From Vicinamibacteria bacterium (GTDB lineage: Bacteria > Acidobacteriota > Vicinamibacteria > Marinacidobacterales > Marinacidobacteraceae): DNA of 64,000 nt. A program made the translations under genes and the position numbers. Within the stretch, counting starts at the first letter, position 1. Every line of letters starts with the position of its first letter. Below the pieces are notes generated by a model. It ran no database searches. It saw only the letters and a program-made list of their open reading frames with translations, and was not told the DNA's origin. The stretch is taken from positions 2,112,001 through 2,176,000 of the forward strand of contig OY729431.1 of NCBI GenBank assembly GCA_963422395.1, given 5' to 3'. Shown here in pieces: positions 27,461 through 37,762 of this stretch.

Positions 27461-27588
27461 AAACTCGCAGCTCTCAGGCAGGGCCTGAGGTGGTGCCGCG
27501 AATCCGCCGTGCGGGGTCCCGACCCCCTCCTGGAAGCGAATCCGCTTCTTCCCCCCCTTCGGATAGCCTCCCGACCGGGGTCCGTTTC

Positions 27589-28254
27589 GTGCTCGCCGTT
27601 CACTTCCTCACCATCGGACAGTCGCCGCGCCCGGATTCGGTGCCGGAGATCCTGAGTTTCCTGGGGGTTCACGCGGCCCGTATCCGGGTGATCGAGGCCG
27701 GAGCACTCGACGGACTCTCGCGGGATGAAGTGCGGGTTGGCACTCCCCGCCCCGGGGAGATGCCGCTCGTCTCGCGGCTTCGCGACGGCGAGGAAGTGAT
27801 CCTCGGGGAGCGGTTCGTGGAACAGCGGATCGCAGCTCTGGTGGACCGAGTTCCTGAGGGCGACTTCGCCGCCATCCTCTGCACCGGACCGTTCTCCGGG
27901 ATTCGCGAGCGGCCCGGGCTCTTGAAGGCCGGACCGATCTTCGACGAAGCCCTCCGGGCCGCCTGCCCTCAGGGGGGCACCGTGGGAATGCTCCTTCCAG
28001 AACCGCGGCAGGAGGAGGACGCGCGGCGACGGGTTCCGGCAGACAGCCGTTCGGTGATCGCCGTGGCCTCGCCCTACTCGGATCCGGAAGGAGTGGAGCG
28101 GCTCTCCGAAGAGTTCCGCGAGGCCGACCTCATCGGGCTGAACTGCCTCGGATACTCCGGAGCCCTCGCCCGCCTTCTGGAACGGAAGACCGGGAAACCC
28201 GTCGTTCTGGCGCGGCGGGCGCTGGCCGAAGCCCTGCGGGTCCGCATGGACTGA
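27589..28254 (+). CDS. AroM family protein
   Basis: Motifs TIGQSPRPD, GALDGL, LVSRLRDG, LCTG, ASPY and LNCLGYS. Start approximate. Confidence 0.85.
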   Translation: MLAVHFLTIGQSPRPDSVPEILSFLGVHAARIRVIEAGALDGLSRDEVRVGTPRPGEMPLVSRLRDGEEVILGERFVEQRIAALVDRVPEGDFAAILCTGPFSGIRERPGLLKAGPIFDEALRAACPQGGTVGMLLPEPRQEEDARRRVPADSRSVIAVASPYSDPEGVERLSEEFREADLIGLNCLGYSGALARLLERKTGKPVVLARRALAEALRVRMD

Positions 28255-28255
28255 G

Positions 28256-29843
28256 ATGATGAAGCGGCGTCATCCGACGCTGCTCGAGCCGGGGGTCCTG
28301 CTCCTCGGAGCCGGGGTCGCTCTCCTCGGCGCGGTGATCGGCATGGAGTTGCTGACGCAGGTGGGGATCACCCCGAACAGTTCGATCATCGCGGCGGTGC
28401 TCGCCATCGCGGTGGGGCGCGTCCCGCTCGCCTTCACCCGCCGCTTTCGGAGCACGGCGCGGCAGAACCTGCTGCAGACGATCATCTCGGCAGCGACCTT
28501 CGGCGGCGCGAACGCCGTGCTGCTGCCGGCCGGGATGGTCTGGCTGTTCGGGCGCCCCGACCTCGTGCCGGTGATGATCTTCGGCGCGGTACTCGGCGCG
28601 CTGCTGGACATCGCGATGCTCTATCGGCTGTTCGGCAGCCGGGCATTCCCCGAGGAGGGGCTCTGGCCGGCAGGAGTCGCCGCCGCGGAATGCCTGCGGG
28701 CCGGTGACGAGGGCGGCAGACGCGCGCGCTGGTTGCTCGCCGGAGGGGCGCTGGGCGCCCTCGGCCGCGCCGTGGGAGTGCCCGCGGACATCGTCGGAGT
28801 GTGCTGGATCGGCAACCAGGCCGCCCTCCTCATGTTCGGGCTCGGACTCCTCGCGCGTGGGTACGCACCGGATCTCTTCGGGCTGGACCTCGCCGCGTTG
28901 CACGCCCCGCACGGAGTCATGATCGGAGCCGGCGCCGTCGCGCTCTGGCAGATGGGGCGCGCGGTGCATGGCCGGCGCGCGGCACGCGAATCGGATGCTG
29001 CGGAACCGCCATCCGCCGCCGAACGGCCACCAGGCCCTTCGGTCTTCGCAGCCGGCTATGCGGGATTCGCTGCCGCCTCCGCGCTCGTTGCTCTTTCGGC
29101 CGGCCTGGCGACCGGGATGGGTGTCCTCGGGCTCCTCGCCTTCGCTGCCTTCGCAGCGGCCGCGGCGCTCATCTCCGAACTGCTGGTCGGAGTGTCGGCG
29201 ATGCACTCGGGATGGTTCCCGGCGTTCGCGACCTCGCTCGTTTTCCTGCTGCTCGGAATGCTGCTCGGGTTCCCGCCGCTGGCGCTGGTCCTGCTCGCGG
29301 GCTTCGCATCCGCCACCGGACCCGCCTTCGCCGACATGGGATACGACCTGAAGGCGGGCTGGATCCTCCGCGGCAGCGGGCGAGACCCCCGACTACGAAC
29401 GGGAAGGCCGACGAGCGCAGCGCGCCGCCGAGGTATTCGGACTGCTCGTCGCCTCCGGGCTCGTGTTGCTGACCTACACGGCGTATTTCGAGGCGGATCT
29501 CTTCCCGCCGTACGCCCGGGTCGCGGCGGCGACCGTCGCCGCCGGGCTCGATCCGACACTTGCGGCAGAGCTCGCGCTCTGGGCGGCACCGGGAGCGCTC
29601 CTCCAATGGCTCGGCGGAGCGAACCGACAGCTGGGAGTGTTGTTCGCCACCGGGCTCCTCATCCTGCATCCCGTCGCGGGATGGACCGCGCTCGCCGCCC
29701 TCCTGCTCCGTCGGATCGTGAGCCTTCGGACCGGGGCCCGGCTGGACGGGACTCGGTTCGTGCTCGCCGGAGGCCTGATCGCCGGAAGCGCTCTCACGAG
29801 CTTCGCCTCGGGCGCCGCTTCCAGCATGTTGCACCGCCGCTGA
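28256..29843 (+). pseudogene. OPT/YSL-family oligopeptide transporter with a +1 frameshift (real or sequencing error)
   Basis: TM ORF (GITPNSSII, RQNLLQTIIS, MHSGWFPAFA, GPAFADMGYDLK) turns into nonsense after the C5 run at 29386-29390. Removing one C restores DYEREGRRAQ...LFPP and the TM C-terminus to 29843. Confidence 0.8.
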
Positions 29844-29996
29844 CCGGACGGTTGGCCGGCCGACTGGGGGGGCCATCGCGGCCAACGCGAAAAGCGGTTC
29901 TCCTGTTCCGCGCAGAAGGGTTCTCCCGATCGAATCCCCGGACGGAACGCACCCGTTCGGCCCCGCGCGCCGGAAGACGGCGGTACCATCGGGCCG

Positions 29997-30935
29997 ATGG
30001 TTGGAGGCGGCCGGTTTCGAGGCGGCCAGGCCGTTGCCGCGCTCATCGGGTCCGGCCGGTTCCGGCGAGGGTCGCCCGCGCCCTGGCGATGCCGCTTCCC
30101 GTTCTTCGGATTCTTTTCGGCCGCGCTCGCAGGGTGTGCGGGTCAGCCGGCAGGAGACGGGCCGGGGCCGCTGGTGGTGGCCGCCGATGTGGGGTTCGCC
30201 CCGCACGCGATGATGGCCGCGAACGGCGAAGTGGAAGGCTTCAATGTGGACCTCGCCCGCGAGATCGCCCGGAGTCTCGGCCGCCCGGGATACCGCATCG
30301 TGGACTCCGAGTGGTCGTCCATCTTCTCGGGCCTCTACGCGGGGAAGTTCGAGTTCGTCATCGCCCCCACCACGATCACCGAAGGCCGCGCCCACCGGGT
30401 GCTGCTGAGCGAGGGGTACCTCGACACCGACCCCGTTTTCCTGCGGCGGAGGGACGCCCCCGAGCTCGAAGACCTCGACCAGCTCCGGGGAGAGGAGATC
30501 GCGGTGAACAACGGTTCGGCTTACGACCTCTGGGCCACCGAGAACCGGGAGGCACTCGGATTCGAGGTCCTGCGCTACGGCAAGAACGCAGACGCGGTAC
30601 AGGCGGTGCTCTCGGGCCGCGCCTTCGCCAATCTCGTCGGTGAATCCGTGGCGCTTTGGGCAGTCCGGAAGAACCCGGCGGTGCGCGCCGACTTCCGCAT
30701 CCGCGCGGAGACCGCGTTCGCCATCGCCTTCCGGAACGAGGATCGCGACCTCCGGAACGAGGTCGAGACGATCCTGGAATGCTTGAAGGCGGACGGGACC
30801 CTCGCCCGCATCCACCGGGACTGGCTGGGCGCCGAACCCGCTCCGGGCTCGGCAGCGGTGACCCCGAGGGACGGTTTCGGCCCTCCCGGCCTTCCCGGAT
30901 TCGAGGCGACGCCCGGCCGGAAACCCTGCCGGTGA
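29997..30935 (+). CDS. Polar amino-acid ABC transporter substrate-binding lipoprotein
   Basis: Lipobox LAGC. Motifs GFNVDLAREIA, ITEGR and LKADGTLARIHRDW. Confidence 0.88.
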   Translation: MVGGGRFRGGQAVAALIGSGRFRRGSPAPWRCRFPFFGFFSAALAGCAGQPAGDGPGPLVVAADVGFAPHAMMAANGEVEGFNVDLAREIARSLGRPGYRIVDSEWSSIFSGLYAGKFEFVIAPTTITEGRAHRVLLSEGYLDTDPVFLRRRDAPELEDLDQLRGEEIAVNNGSAYDLWATENREALGFEVLRYGKNADAVQAVLSGRAFANLVGESVALWAVRKNPAVRADFRIRAETAFAIAFRNEDRDLRNEVETILECLKADGTLARIHRDWLGAEPAPGSAAVTPRDGFGPPGLPGFEATPGRKPCR

Positions 30936-31660
30936 GCCCGGTTCTCGAGCTTCGCGGAGTCGGCAAGAGCTTCGCTGGCGTCCCGGCTCTCCGCGACATC
31001 CAACTGACGGTCGGCGCATCCGAGCTGGTCGCGTTGATCGGCCCTTCCGGCTCCGGCAAGAGCACCCTGCTCCGCTGCTGCAACCGCCTGACGGAACCCG
31101 ACTGCGGCAAGGTCTTCTTCGAGGGGCAGGAAGTGCCAGCGGGAGGCCCGGGACTCGCCCGCATCCGCCGTCGAATGGGCATGGTCTTCCAGGCATTCGA
31201 CCTCTACCCGCACCTGAGCGCATTGGGGAACGCCGCACTCGCCCCCCGCCGGGCGGCGGGTCTGGGGCAGGCCGAAGCGAAGGAAGTCGCCCGGGAAGCG
31301 CTCGGGCGGGTGGGTCTCGGGGATCGGGAGCGCGCGATGCCGCGCGAACTCTCGGGAGGCCAGCAACAGCGGGTGGCCATCGCGCGGGCACTTGCACTCC
31401 GGCCCCGCATCCTGCTCCTCGACGAGCCCACGAGCGCCCTCGACCCCGAACTCGTGAGCAGCGTCCTGCGCGTGATCCGCTCGCTCAAGCAGGATGGCGT
31501 GGCCATGCTGATCGCCACCCACGAAATCGGCTTCGCCCGCGAGGCCGCCGACCGGATCGACTTTCTCGCCGAGGGACGGGTCCTCGAGAGCGGCTCCCCC
31601 GAACGAATGCTGGATCACCCCCGAACCGAGCGGCTGCGGAATTTCCTCCCGCGACTCTGA
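30932..31660 (+). CDS. Polar amino-acid ABC transporter ATP-binding protein
   Basis: Motifs GPSGSGKS, LSGGQQQRVAIARAL and LLDEPTSALDPE. Confidence 0.92.
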   Translation: MSPVLELRGVGKSFAGVPALRDIQLTVGASELVALIGPSGSGKSTLLRCCNRLTEPDCGKVFFEGQEVPAGGPGLARIRRRMGMVFQAFDLYPHLSALGNAALAPRRAAGLGQAEAKEVAREALGRVGLGDRERAMPRELSGGQQQRVAIARALALRPRILLLDEPTSALDPELVSSVLRVIRSLKQDGVAMLIATHEIGFAREAADRIDFLAEGRVLESGSPERMLDHPRTERLRNFLPRL

Positions 31661-31663
31661 AGG

Positions 31664-32332
31664 GTGCGGATCTTCTTCGACCCCGAGGTTCTCGGGGCGG
31701 CTTGGCCCGCGGTCCGCTCGGGCATCGGGGTCACCCTGGGCCTCGCGCTCGCCTCGATCGCTGCCGGGACCACCCTCGGCATCGGTCTCGCTTCGATCCG
31801 CGCGTTGATCCGAACTGCTCCTCTGCGTCCGATCGGTGCGCTGATCGCCGGGTACGCCGATGTCTTCCGCGCCCTTCCGCCGCTCGTGCTGCTGGTGATC
31901 CTCTATTTCGCCGCACCGTTCGCCGGAATCGAACTGAGCGGCTTCGCCGCCTCGTTCGCCGCCCTGGGGCTTTCGCTCGGCGCTTCCGCCGAGGAGATCT
32001 GCTGGGCCGGGATCACCTCGGTGCACCGGGGCCAGTGGGAGGCGGCGCTCTCCACCGGCCTCAGTCGCACCGAAACGCTTCGGCGGGTGGTGCTGCCGCA
32101 GGCGCTGCGGCTCACGATTCCACCGCTCACCAACCGGGCGATCGCCACCGGCAAGAACACCGCCCTCGCCTCGGTGGTGGCGGTCCCGGAGGTGTTGCAT
32201 CAGGCGGCCAGCGTTCAGGCACAGACCGCGAGTCCGGCGCCGCTGCTGCTCGCCGCCGGCGTCTATGTGGCGCTCTTCCTCCCTCTCGTCCGCTTCGGGC
32301 GCTGGCTCGAAAACCGTTCCGGGCCCGGATAA
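31664..32332 (+). CDS. Polar amino-acid ABC permease
   Basis: EAA loop GQWEAALSTGLS...VVLPQALR. Confidence 0.9.
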   Translation: MRIFFDPEVLGAAWPAVRSGIGVTLGLALASIAAGTTLGIGLASIRALIRTAPLRPIGALIAGYADVFRALPPLVLLVILYFAAPFAGIELSGFAASFAALGLSLGASAEEICWAGITSVHRGQWEAALSTGLSRTETLRRVVLPQALRLTIPPLTNRAIATGKNTALASVVAVPEVLHQAASVQAQTASPAPLLLAAGVYVALFLPLVRFGRWLENRSGPG

Positions 32333-32339
32333 GCCTCCC

Positions 32340-33011
32340 ATGTCGGAGATCTTCGAGACCTTCCTGAACCCGCGGATCATGGCGGAGAGCGCCGGGCTGC
32401 TGTTGCGCGGCCTGCTCGTCACCGTGGAGGCGTGTCTCCTCGTGATCCCGGGCGGTCTCGCATTCGGCACGGTGCTCGCGCTCGCAGGCACGCTCGCCCC
32501 CCCGAGGGTTTCTGGACTGCTTTCGTGGGCGGTGGACCTCGTGCGCGCCTTTCCGCCGCTCGTCCTCCTCGTGCTCCTGGTCCACGGACTGCCCTTCCTC
32601 GGCATCGAACCCACGCCATTGCTCGGGGTCGGAATCGCCCTCACCATCAACACCGCGGCCTACTACGGGGAGATCCTCCGAGCCGGAGTGCTGAGCATCG
32701 ATCCGACCCAGTGGGACGCGGCGCGGTCCACCGGGCTCAGCACGGTCGGGACGCTCCGCTTCGTCGTGCTGCCGCAGGCATTCCGGAATGTGCTTCCCGA
32801 TCTCGTCGGCAACACGCTGGAAGCGGTCAAGCTGACTTCGCTGGCGAGCGTGGTGGCGCTGCCCGATCTGCTGCGCATGGCGCGGATCGCTCAGGGAGTC
32901 CACTTCAACCCCTCCCCGCTCCTCCTCGCCGCATTGCTGTATCTGCTGCTCCTCTGGCCGCTCGCGCGGCTGGTCCGGCGCCTCGGCGGCCGCGCGGCCC
33001 TTCCCGCCTGA
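32340..33011 (+). CDS. Polar amino-acid ABC permease
   Basis: AYYGEILRAG..SI...QWDAARSTG...VVLPQAFR and KLTSLAS. Confidence 0.9.
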   Translation: MSEIFETFLNPRIMAESAGLLLRGLLVTVEACLLVIPGGLAFGTVLALAGTLAPPRVSGLLSWAVDLVRAFPPLVLLVLLVHGLPFLGIEPTPLLGVGIALTINTAAYYGEILRAGVLSIDPTQWDAARSTGLSTVGTLRFVVLPQAFRNVLPDLVGNTLEAVKLTSLASVVALPDLLRMARIAQGVHFNPSPLLLAALLYLLLLWPLARLVRRLGGRAALPA

Positions 33012-33027
33012 ATGAGGAACGGTGCCC

Positions 33028-33312
33028 CGGAATCCGAACTCGCTGCCTCCCGAGAGATCGCCGCGACCCCCGTCCGCGGCCGAAAAAAACACAATTGCGA
33101 CCGAGCCTTCGGCTCGGGCGCGGCGCAGCGGGGGAGATGGGTGAAAGGGGGTCCACCCCCTTTCACGAATTCGTGACCCAGAAGCCGAACTGCTTCCGGA
33201 GGCAGCGAGTTCGGATTCCCGGCGCGCAGCGCCGGGCGCTTCGAGAACGGGGCATCCTCCCTCCTCCCCCGAAAACGCCCGATGCCATCCTGACGCCCCG
33301 TTCCCGGACCGC
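33028..33312 (+). repeat. Family B element (single copy) between convergent genes
   Basis: Same hairpin order as the 18.3-kb units, including GTGAAAGGGGGTCCACCCCCTTTCAC. Ends ...CCCGGACCGC next to TCA. Confidence 0.88.
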
Positions 33313-34227
33313 TCAGGACCGTTCCGTGATCAATCGGTAGTGCTCGGGGCGCCGATGGCGGGCGAAATCGAACACATGGCGCTTGAGGTTCGCCCCGAGG
33401 TCCAGATCGCAGTCGAAAATCACGAGCTCGTCGCCCTCACCGGCGGCCTCGGCGACGATCTCTCCGTTCGGGGAGACCACCGCCGATCCGGCGATCAACC
33501 GCTGCCCGTCCTCGATCCCGGCTTTCGCCGCCGCCACCACCCAGGTCGCGTTCTGGTATGCGCCGGCCATGAGGGAGAGCCGATGGTGGAACATCCGGTG
33601 ATGGGGCGCTTCTCGGTGATGGATGTTGACCTCGGGAGTGTTGTAGCCGAGCAGGACCAGCTCGACGCCCTGGAGGCCCAGGACCCGCCAGGTCTCCGGC
33701 CAGCGGCGGTCGTTACAGATGCACATCCCGAGGATCCCGTCGAACGCGCTCCAGACGGGGAACCCGAGGTCGCCGACCTCGAAATAGCGCTTCTCCAAAT
33801 GCTGGAAGGGAACCTCGAAGAGGCGCTCCGAATGGCCGGGCAAGTGGACCTTCCGGTACTTCCCGACGATCTCCCCCGATCCGTCCACCAGGACCGCGGT
33901 GTTGAAATGGCGGCTTCTTCCCTCTTTCTGGACGGTCTCGGCGTACCCGAGATGGAAGCCCACTCCCCGCCGCCGCGCGGCTTCGAAGAGGGGGCCGGTC
34001 TCCGGCCCCGGCATGGCGGTCTCGAAGAAAGGGGCGATCTCCGCCCGGTCTGCGAAGAAGTACCGCGGGAAGAAGGTAGTCAGCGCCAGCTCGGGGAACA
34101 CCACCAGCCGGCAGCCGGCGGCGGCGGCCTGCTCGAACAGATCGAGGAGGCGCGCCACCACCTGCGCCCGCGTCTCTCCCGGCTGGATTCCGCCGAGCTG
34201 GGCGGCAGCCACCCGCAAAACCCGCAT
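33313..34227 (-). CDS. N-carbamoyl-D-amino-acid hydrolase (nitrilase superfamily)
   Basis: Catalytic triad in VFPELALTTFFPR, YRKVHLPGH and ICNDRRWPE; also HLEKRYF. Confidence 0.92.
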   Translation of the reverse strand: MRVLRVAAAQLGGIQPGETRAQVVARLLDLFEQAAAAGCRLVVFPELALTTFFPRYFFADRAEIAPFFETAMPGPETGPLFEAARRRGVGFHLGYAETVQKEGRSRHFNTAVLVDGSGEIVGKYRKVHLPGHSERLFEVPFQHLEKRYFEVGDLGFPVWSAFDGILGMCICNDRRWPETWRVLGLQGVELVLLGYNTPEVNIHHREAPHHRMFHHRLSLMAGAYQNATWVVAAAKAGIEDGQRLIAGSAVVSPNGEIVAEAAGEGDELVIFDCDLDLGANLKRHVFDFARHRRPEHYRLITERS

Positions 34228-34364
34228 CGCTCACACATTCTAGGGCCGCCCCCGGAGAGAGGGCCGGCTACCCAACCTCCTCCAACTTCCGGCGGCTCAC
34301 GAAGCCATCCCTGGCCTCACCTGGAATCCGAGCACTCGGCGACCCACCTGTTCACGATCTTCGG

Positions 34365-34511
34365 CGCGCCGGGCGGTTCGGGAGCGGGGCGTCCCACTCC
34401 TCCCACGAGGGTGCGAAACGCAACCCGACACGTCCCGCTCAAAAGCGATTTCGCCTCTCCCGTGGCCTGAAAAATACCTGTTGCGACCGAGCCTCCGGCT
34501 CGGGCGCGGCG
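34365..34511 (+). repeat. Family B fragment spanning a unit-unit junction
   Basis: The 3' half (GAGCGGGGCGTCCC..CCCACGAG) is followed by the 5' half (CCGTGGCCTGAAAAATACCTGTTGCGACCGAGCCTCCGGCTCGG). Confidence 0.8.
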
Positions 34512-34525
34512 TTCATAATCCGGAG

Positions 34526-36223
34526 ATGCGTTCTCCCTTCGCCTCGTTTTCGGCACTGATCCTGCTCGGGCTGCTCCTCTCCGGCTGCAGTTCGCCAACA
34601 GAGCCGCCGCACCGTCCCAACATCCTAGTCATCGTCGCCGACGATCTGGGCTACACCGACATCGGCGCCTTCGGCGGCGAGATCCGGACCCCGAATCTGG
34701 ACGAACTCGCCTCCTCCGGATTGCGATTCACCAGCTTCTACACCGCCTCGACCTGTTCCCCCACCCGGGCGATGTTGCTTTCGGGAGTGGATCACCATCT
34801 CGCCGGGCTCGGCGGAATGGCGAGCATCATGGGGGACGACCTCGAAGGGAGGGTCGGCTATGAAGGGTTCCTCAACGAACATGTCTTCCACCTCCCCGCC
34901 GTGCTCCGGGACGCGGGCTACCACACCTCGATCGCCGGAAAGTGGCATCTCGGGCAGGCGGAGGAACAGAGCCCTCCGGCCCGCGGCTTCGACCGGTCCT
35001 TCGTCCTGCTCACCGGGGCCGCCAGCCACTTCGAAGACGCTGCTCCCGTGGACACTCTCGACGAGATCCGCTACCGGCGGGACGGCGAGCTCGTGGAGGC
35101 GCTCCCCGAGGGGTTCTACTCGACGCGGGCCTACACGGACGAGCTGATCGCATACTTCGGGGAGGCCCGCGATCTCGAAAAACCCTTCTTCGCCCTCGCC
35201 ACCTACACCGCTCCCCACTGGCCTCTCCAGGTTCCCGACGAGTACCTCGACCTCTACCGAGGAGCCTACGACGACGGCTGGGAGGTGCTGTCCCGCCGAC
35301 GGATGGAGGGCGCACGGCGCGCCGGCGTGATTCCGCCCGAGACGCCCGACCCGCCGCTCCCGGCCTATGCACGGGATTGGGACGATCTGACCGACAGCGA
35401 ACGCCGCGTCGAGGCGCGGAAGATGGAGCTCTACGCGGCGATGGTGGAACGGCTCGACCACCATGTGGGGCGGCTGATCGATACTCTCCGGGAGAACGGC
35501 GCGTTGGCGAACACTCTGGTCCTCTTCTTCTCCGACAACGGCGCATCGGGCGCAGAGGTGAGCGATCTCGCCGACAACCGCACCTTCCTGCCCGCGCGTT
35601 TCGACCTCTCGTACGAGGCGATGGGGCGCAGGAACTCGTTCGTCTACTACGGCCCCGAGTGGGCGAGCGCAGCGAGCGGCCCCTATCGCTACTTCAAGCA
35701 GTTCGTCCACGAAGGCGGGATCCGCGTCCCGGGGTTCGCCGTGGTTCCCGAGCGCCTCAGCGAGCACCTGCCGGGGGCGGTGAGCGGTGCCTTCGTTCAG
35801 GTCACCGACCTGTTCCCGACCTTTCTGGAGTTCGCCGGCGCCGCGGTTCCGGATGCCGGTGCCGGAAAGATCCCGCCGATCGGAAAGTCCATCGTCCCGC
35901 TCCTCCTGGGCGAGACAGAGACCGTCCACGAAGATCCCGCCGCCGGTTGGGAGCTCTTCGGCCGCCGCGCCATCCGCCGGGGACCGTGGAAGGCCACCTG
36001 GCTCGCTCCCCCCCTGGGGAGGCGGGAATGGAAGCTCGCGAACCTCGACGAAGATCCGGGAGAACTGCACGACCTCGCCGACGAGCACCCGGAGATCCTG
36101 CGCGAGCTGCTCGCCGACTGGGATCGCTATGTGGAGGAGAACGGGGTGATCGTCACCGACGACGACCGCGCTTTCGGAACTCCGGTGGTGCGGCCCGAGA
36201 ACCGGACGCCGGGGGTCGAATAG
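34526..36223 (+). CDS. Arylsulfatase (Cys-type FGly), lipoprotein
   Basis: Lipobox LSGC. Motifs PNILVIVADDLG, CSPTR, GKWHLG and SDNG. Confidence 0.92.
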   Translation: MRSPFASFSALILLGLLLSGCSSPTEPPHRPNILVIVADDLGYTDIGAFGGEIRTPNLDELASSGLRFTSFYTASTCSPTRAMLLSGVDHHLAGLGGMASIMGDDLEGRVGYEGFLNEHVFHLPAVLRDAGYHTSIAGKWHLGQAEEQSPPARGFDRSFVLLTGAASHFEDAAPVDTLDEIRYRRDGELVEALPEGFYSTRAYTDELIAYFGEARDLEKPFFALATYTAPHWPLQVPDEYLDLYRGAYDDGWEVLSRRRMEGARRAGVIPPETPDPPLPAYARDWDDLTDSERRVEARKMELYAAMVERLDHHVGRLIDTLRENGALANTLVLFFSDNGASGAEVSDLADNRTFLPARFDLSYEAMGRRNSFVYYGPEWASAASGPYRYFKQFVHEGGIRVPGFAVVPERLSEHLPGAVSGAFVQVTDLFPTFLEFAGAAVPDAGAGKIPPIGKSIVPLLLGETETVHEDPAAGWELFGRRAIRRGPWKATWLAPPLGRREWKLANLDEDPGELHDLADEHPEILRELLADWDRYVEENGVIVTDDDRAFGTPVVRPENRTPGVE

Positions 36224-36247
36224 CCGAAGCGGGGATCCGGGAATCCG

Positions 36248-37717
36248 TCAGGCGAGGAAGTCTTTCGCCCCGAAGCGGCGGGCGAGAGCGACGGCCCGAG
36301 AGGGGCGGCCCCGGGGGGCGGCCGCCGCGGGGCGTTCCCGCGGCAGGAAGCGCCCGCTGCCGGGCCGGGCGATCGGCTCGCCGCCCTCGACCACGACCTC
36401 GCCCCGGCGGATCACGGTCTCGGGGAACCCCCGGATCTCGCGTCCCTCGTACGGGGTGTACCCCACCCGGTCGTGGAGGTCGCCCCAGCGCACGGTGAAC
36501 ACCCGGTCGGGATCCCACACGACCAGGTCCGCGTCGCTTCCGGGCTGGATGGTTCCCTTGCGCGGGTAGAGGCCGAACAGGCGAGCGGGCGCTTCGCAGC
36601 CCACCTCGACGAGGCGGGCGAGCGAGATCCTTCCCTTGCCCACTCCCTCCGAAAAGAGCAGCGGCATCCGCAGTTCCACCCCGGGAACACCGTTACAGAT
36701 CTTCGGAAAGGGCGGCTCCGGACCCGCCGCGAGCTTGCCTTCGTCGTCGAAACTGTAGGGAGCGTGGTCCGAACTCACCACCTCGAAGACTCCCTCCGCG
36801 ATCCCGTTCCAGAGCGCCTGCTGGGATTCCCGGTCTCGGGGTGCGGGGCTGCAGCAGAACTTCGCTCCCTCCATGCCCGGACGATCGAGATCCTCCGCGG
36901 TGAGGAGGAGGTACTGCGGACAGGTCTCGGCGAACACCTTGAGCCCGCGCCGGCGGGCGGCGGCGATCTCGGCGGCGGCTTCCTTCGAGGAGACATGAAC
37001 CACATAGACCGGGGCGTCCACCAGCTCGGCGAGCCCGATCGCGCGCGCCGTCGCCTCGCTCTCGGCGAGCTCCGGATGACCGGGGGCGTGGAACTTCGGG
37101 GCCGCGTGGCCGGCCTCGACGAGGCGGGAAGAGATCCAGCCGATCATGTCGTGGTTCTCGGCGTGGACCATGGTGAGCGCTCTCATCCGCCGGGCCGCCT
37201 CCAGCACCTCGAGGAACTGCCAGTCGTCGAGGCGCACGAGGTCGTAGGTCATGTAGATCTTGAACGAGGAGACCCCCTCCTCCACGAGTGCCGGAATCTC
37301 GGCCGCCAACGCTTCGGGCGTCGGATCGGAGACGATCAGGTGGAAGCCGTAGTCCACGACGGCCTTGGGGCCCGCTGCCCGATGGTACGCCTCGACCACC
37401 GCGCGCGGCGATTCTCCCCGACCCTGCACCGCGAACGAAAGCACGGTCGTCGTCCCCCCGCAGGCGGCGGAAACGGTTCCCGACTCGAAATCGTCGGCGC
37501 ACATCAGCCCCATCGAGGACCGCTGCTCGATGTGGGTGTGCGCATCCACCCCTCCGGGCAGCACGAGCCGGCCCTTTGCGGAAACCTCCTCCCGACCCGG
37601 CCCGAGCCGGGGACCCACCGCACGAACCACTCCGTCCGCGATCCCGATATCGGCGGAGCTGCAGCCGGCAGCAGTGACCACGGTTCCGCCCCGCACGACG
37701 AGATCGAAGGCAGCCAT
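36248..37717 (-). CDS. hydA: Dihydropyrimidinase / D-hydantoinase
   Basis: Motifs PGGVDAHTH, GGTTTV, SFKIYMTY, VHAEN, ETCPQYL, SSDHAP and NGVPGVE. Confidence 0.92.
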   Translation of the reverse strand: MAAFDLVVRGGTVVTAAGCSSADIGIADGVVRAVGPRLGPGREEVSAKGRLVLPGGVDAHTHIEQRSSMGLMCADDFESGTVSAACGGTTTVLSFAVQGRGESPRAVVEAYHRAAGPKAVVDYGFHLIVSDPTPEALAAEIPALVEEGVSSFKIYMTYDLVRLDDWQFLEVLEAARRMRALTMVHAENHDMIGWISSRLVEAGHAAPKFHAPGHPELAESEATARAIGLAELVDAPVYVVHVSSKEAAAEIAAARRRGLKVFAETCPQYLLLTAEDLDRPGMEGAKFCCSPAPRDRESQQALWNGIAEGVFEVVSSDHAPYSFDDEGKLAAGPEPPFPKICNGVPGVELRMPLLFSEGVGKGRISLARLVEVGCEAPARLFGLYPRKGTIQPGSDADLVVWDPDRVFTVRWGDLHDRVGYTPYEGREIRGFPETVIRRGEVVVEGGEPIARPGSGRFLPRERPAAAAPRGRPSRAVALARRFGAKDFLA

Positions 37718-37762
37718 CGGAGTCGGTGTCGATTCTAAGGGAGGCACTACGAGATCATCTAT

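Noticed and set aside
27465-27500. Glycine riboswitch (CTCTCAGG motif)
   Set aside because: The upstream GGAGA and CCGAAG elements are not in the right arrangement. The nearby CCGAAG belongs to the family B repeat.
28256-30643. 795-aa OPT fusion protein
   Set aside because: Sequence after about 29390 is out-of-frame nonsense and is explained by the frameshift.
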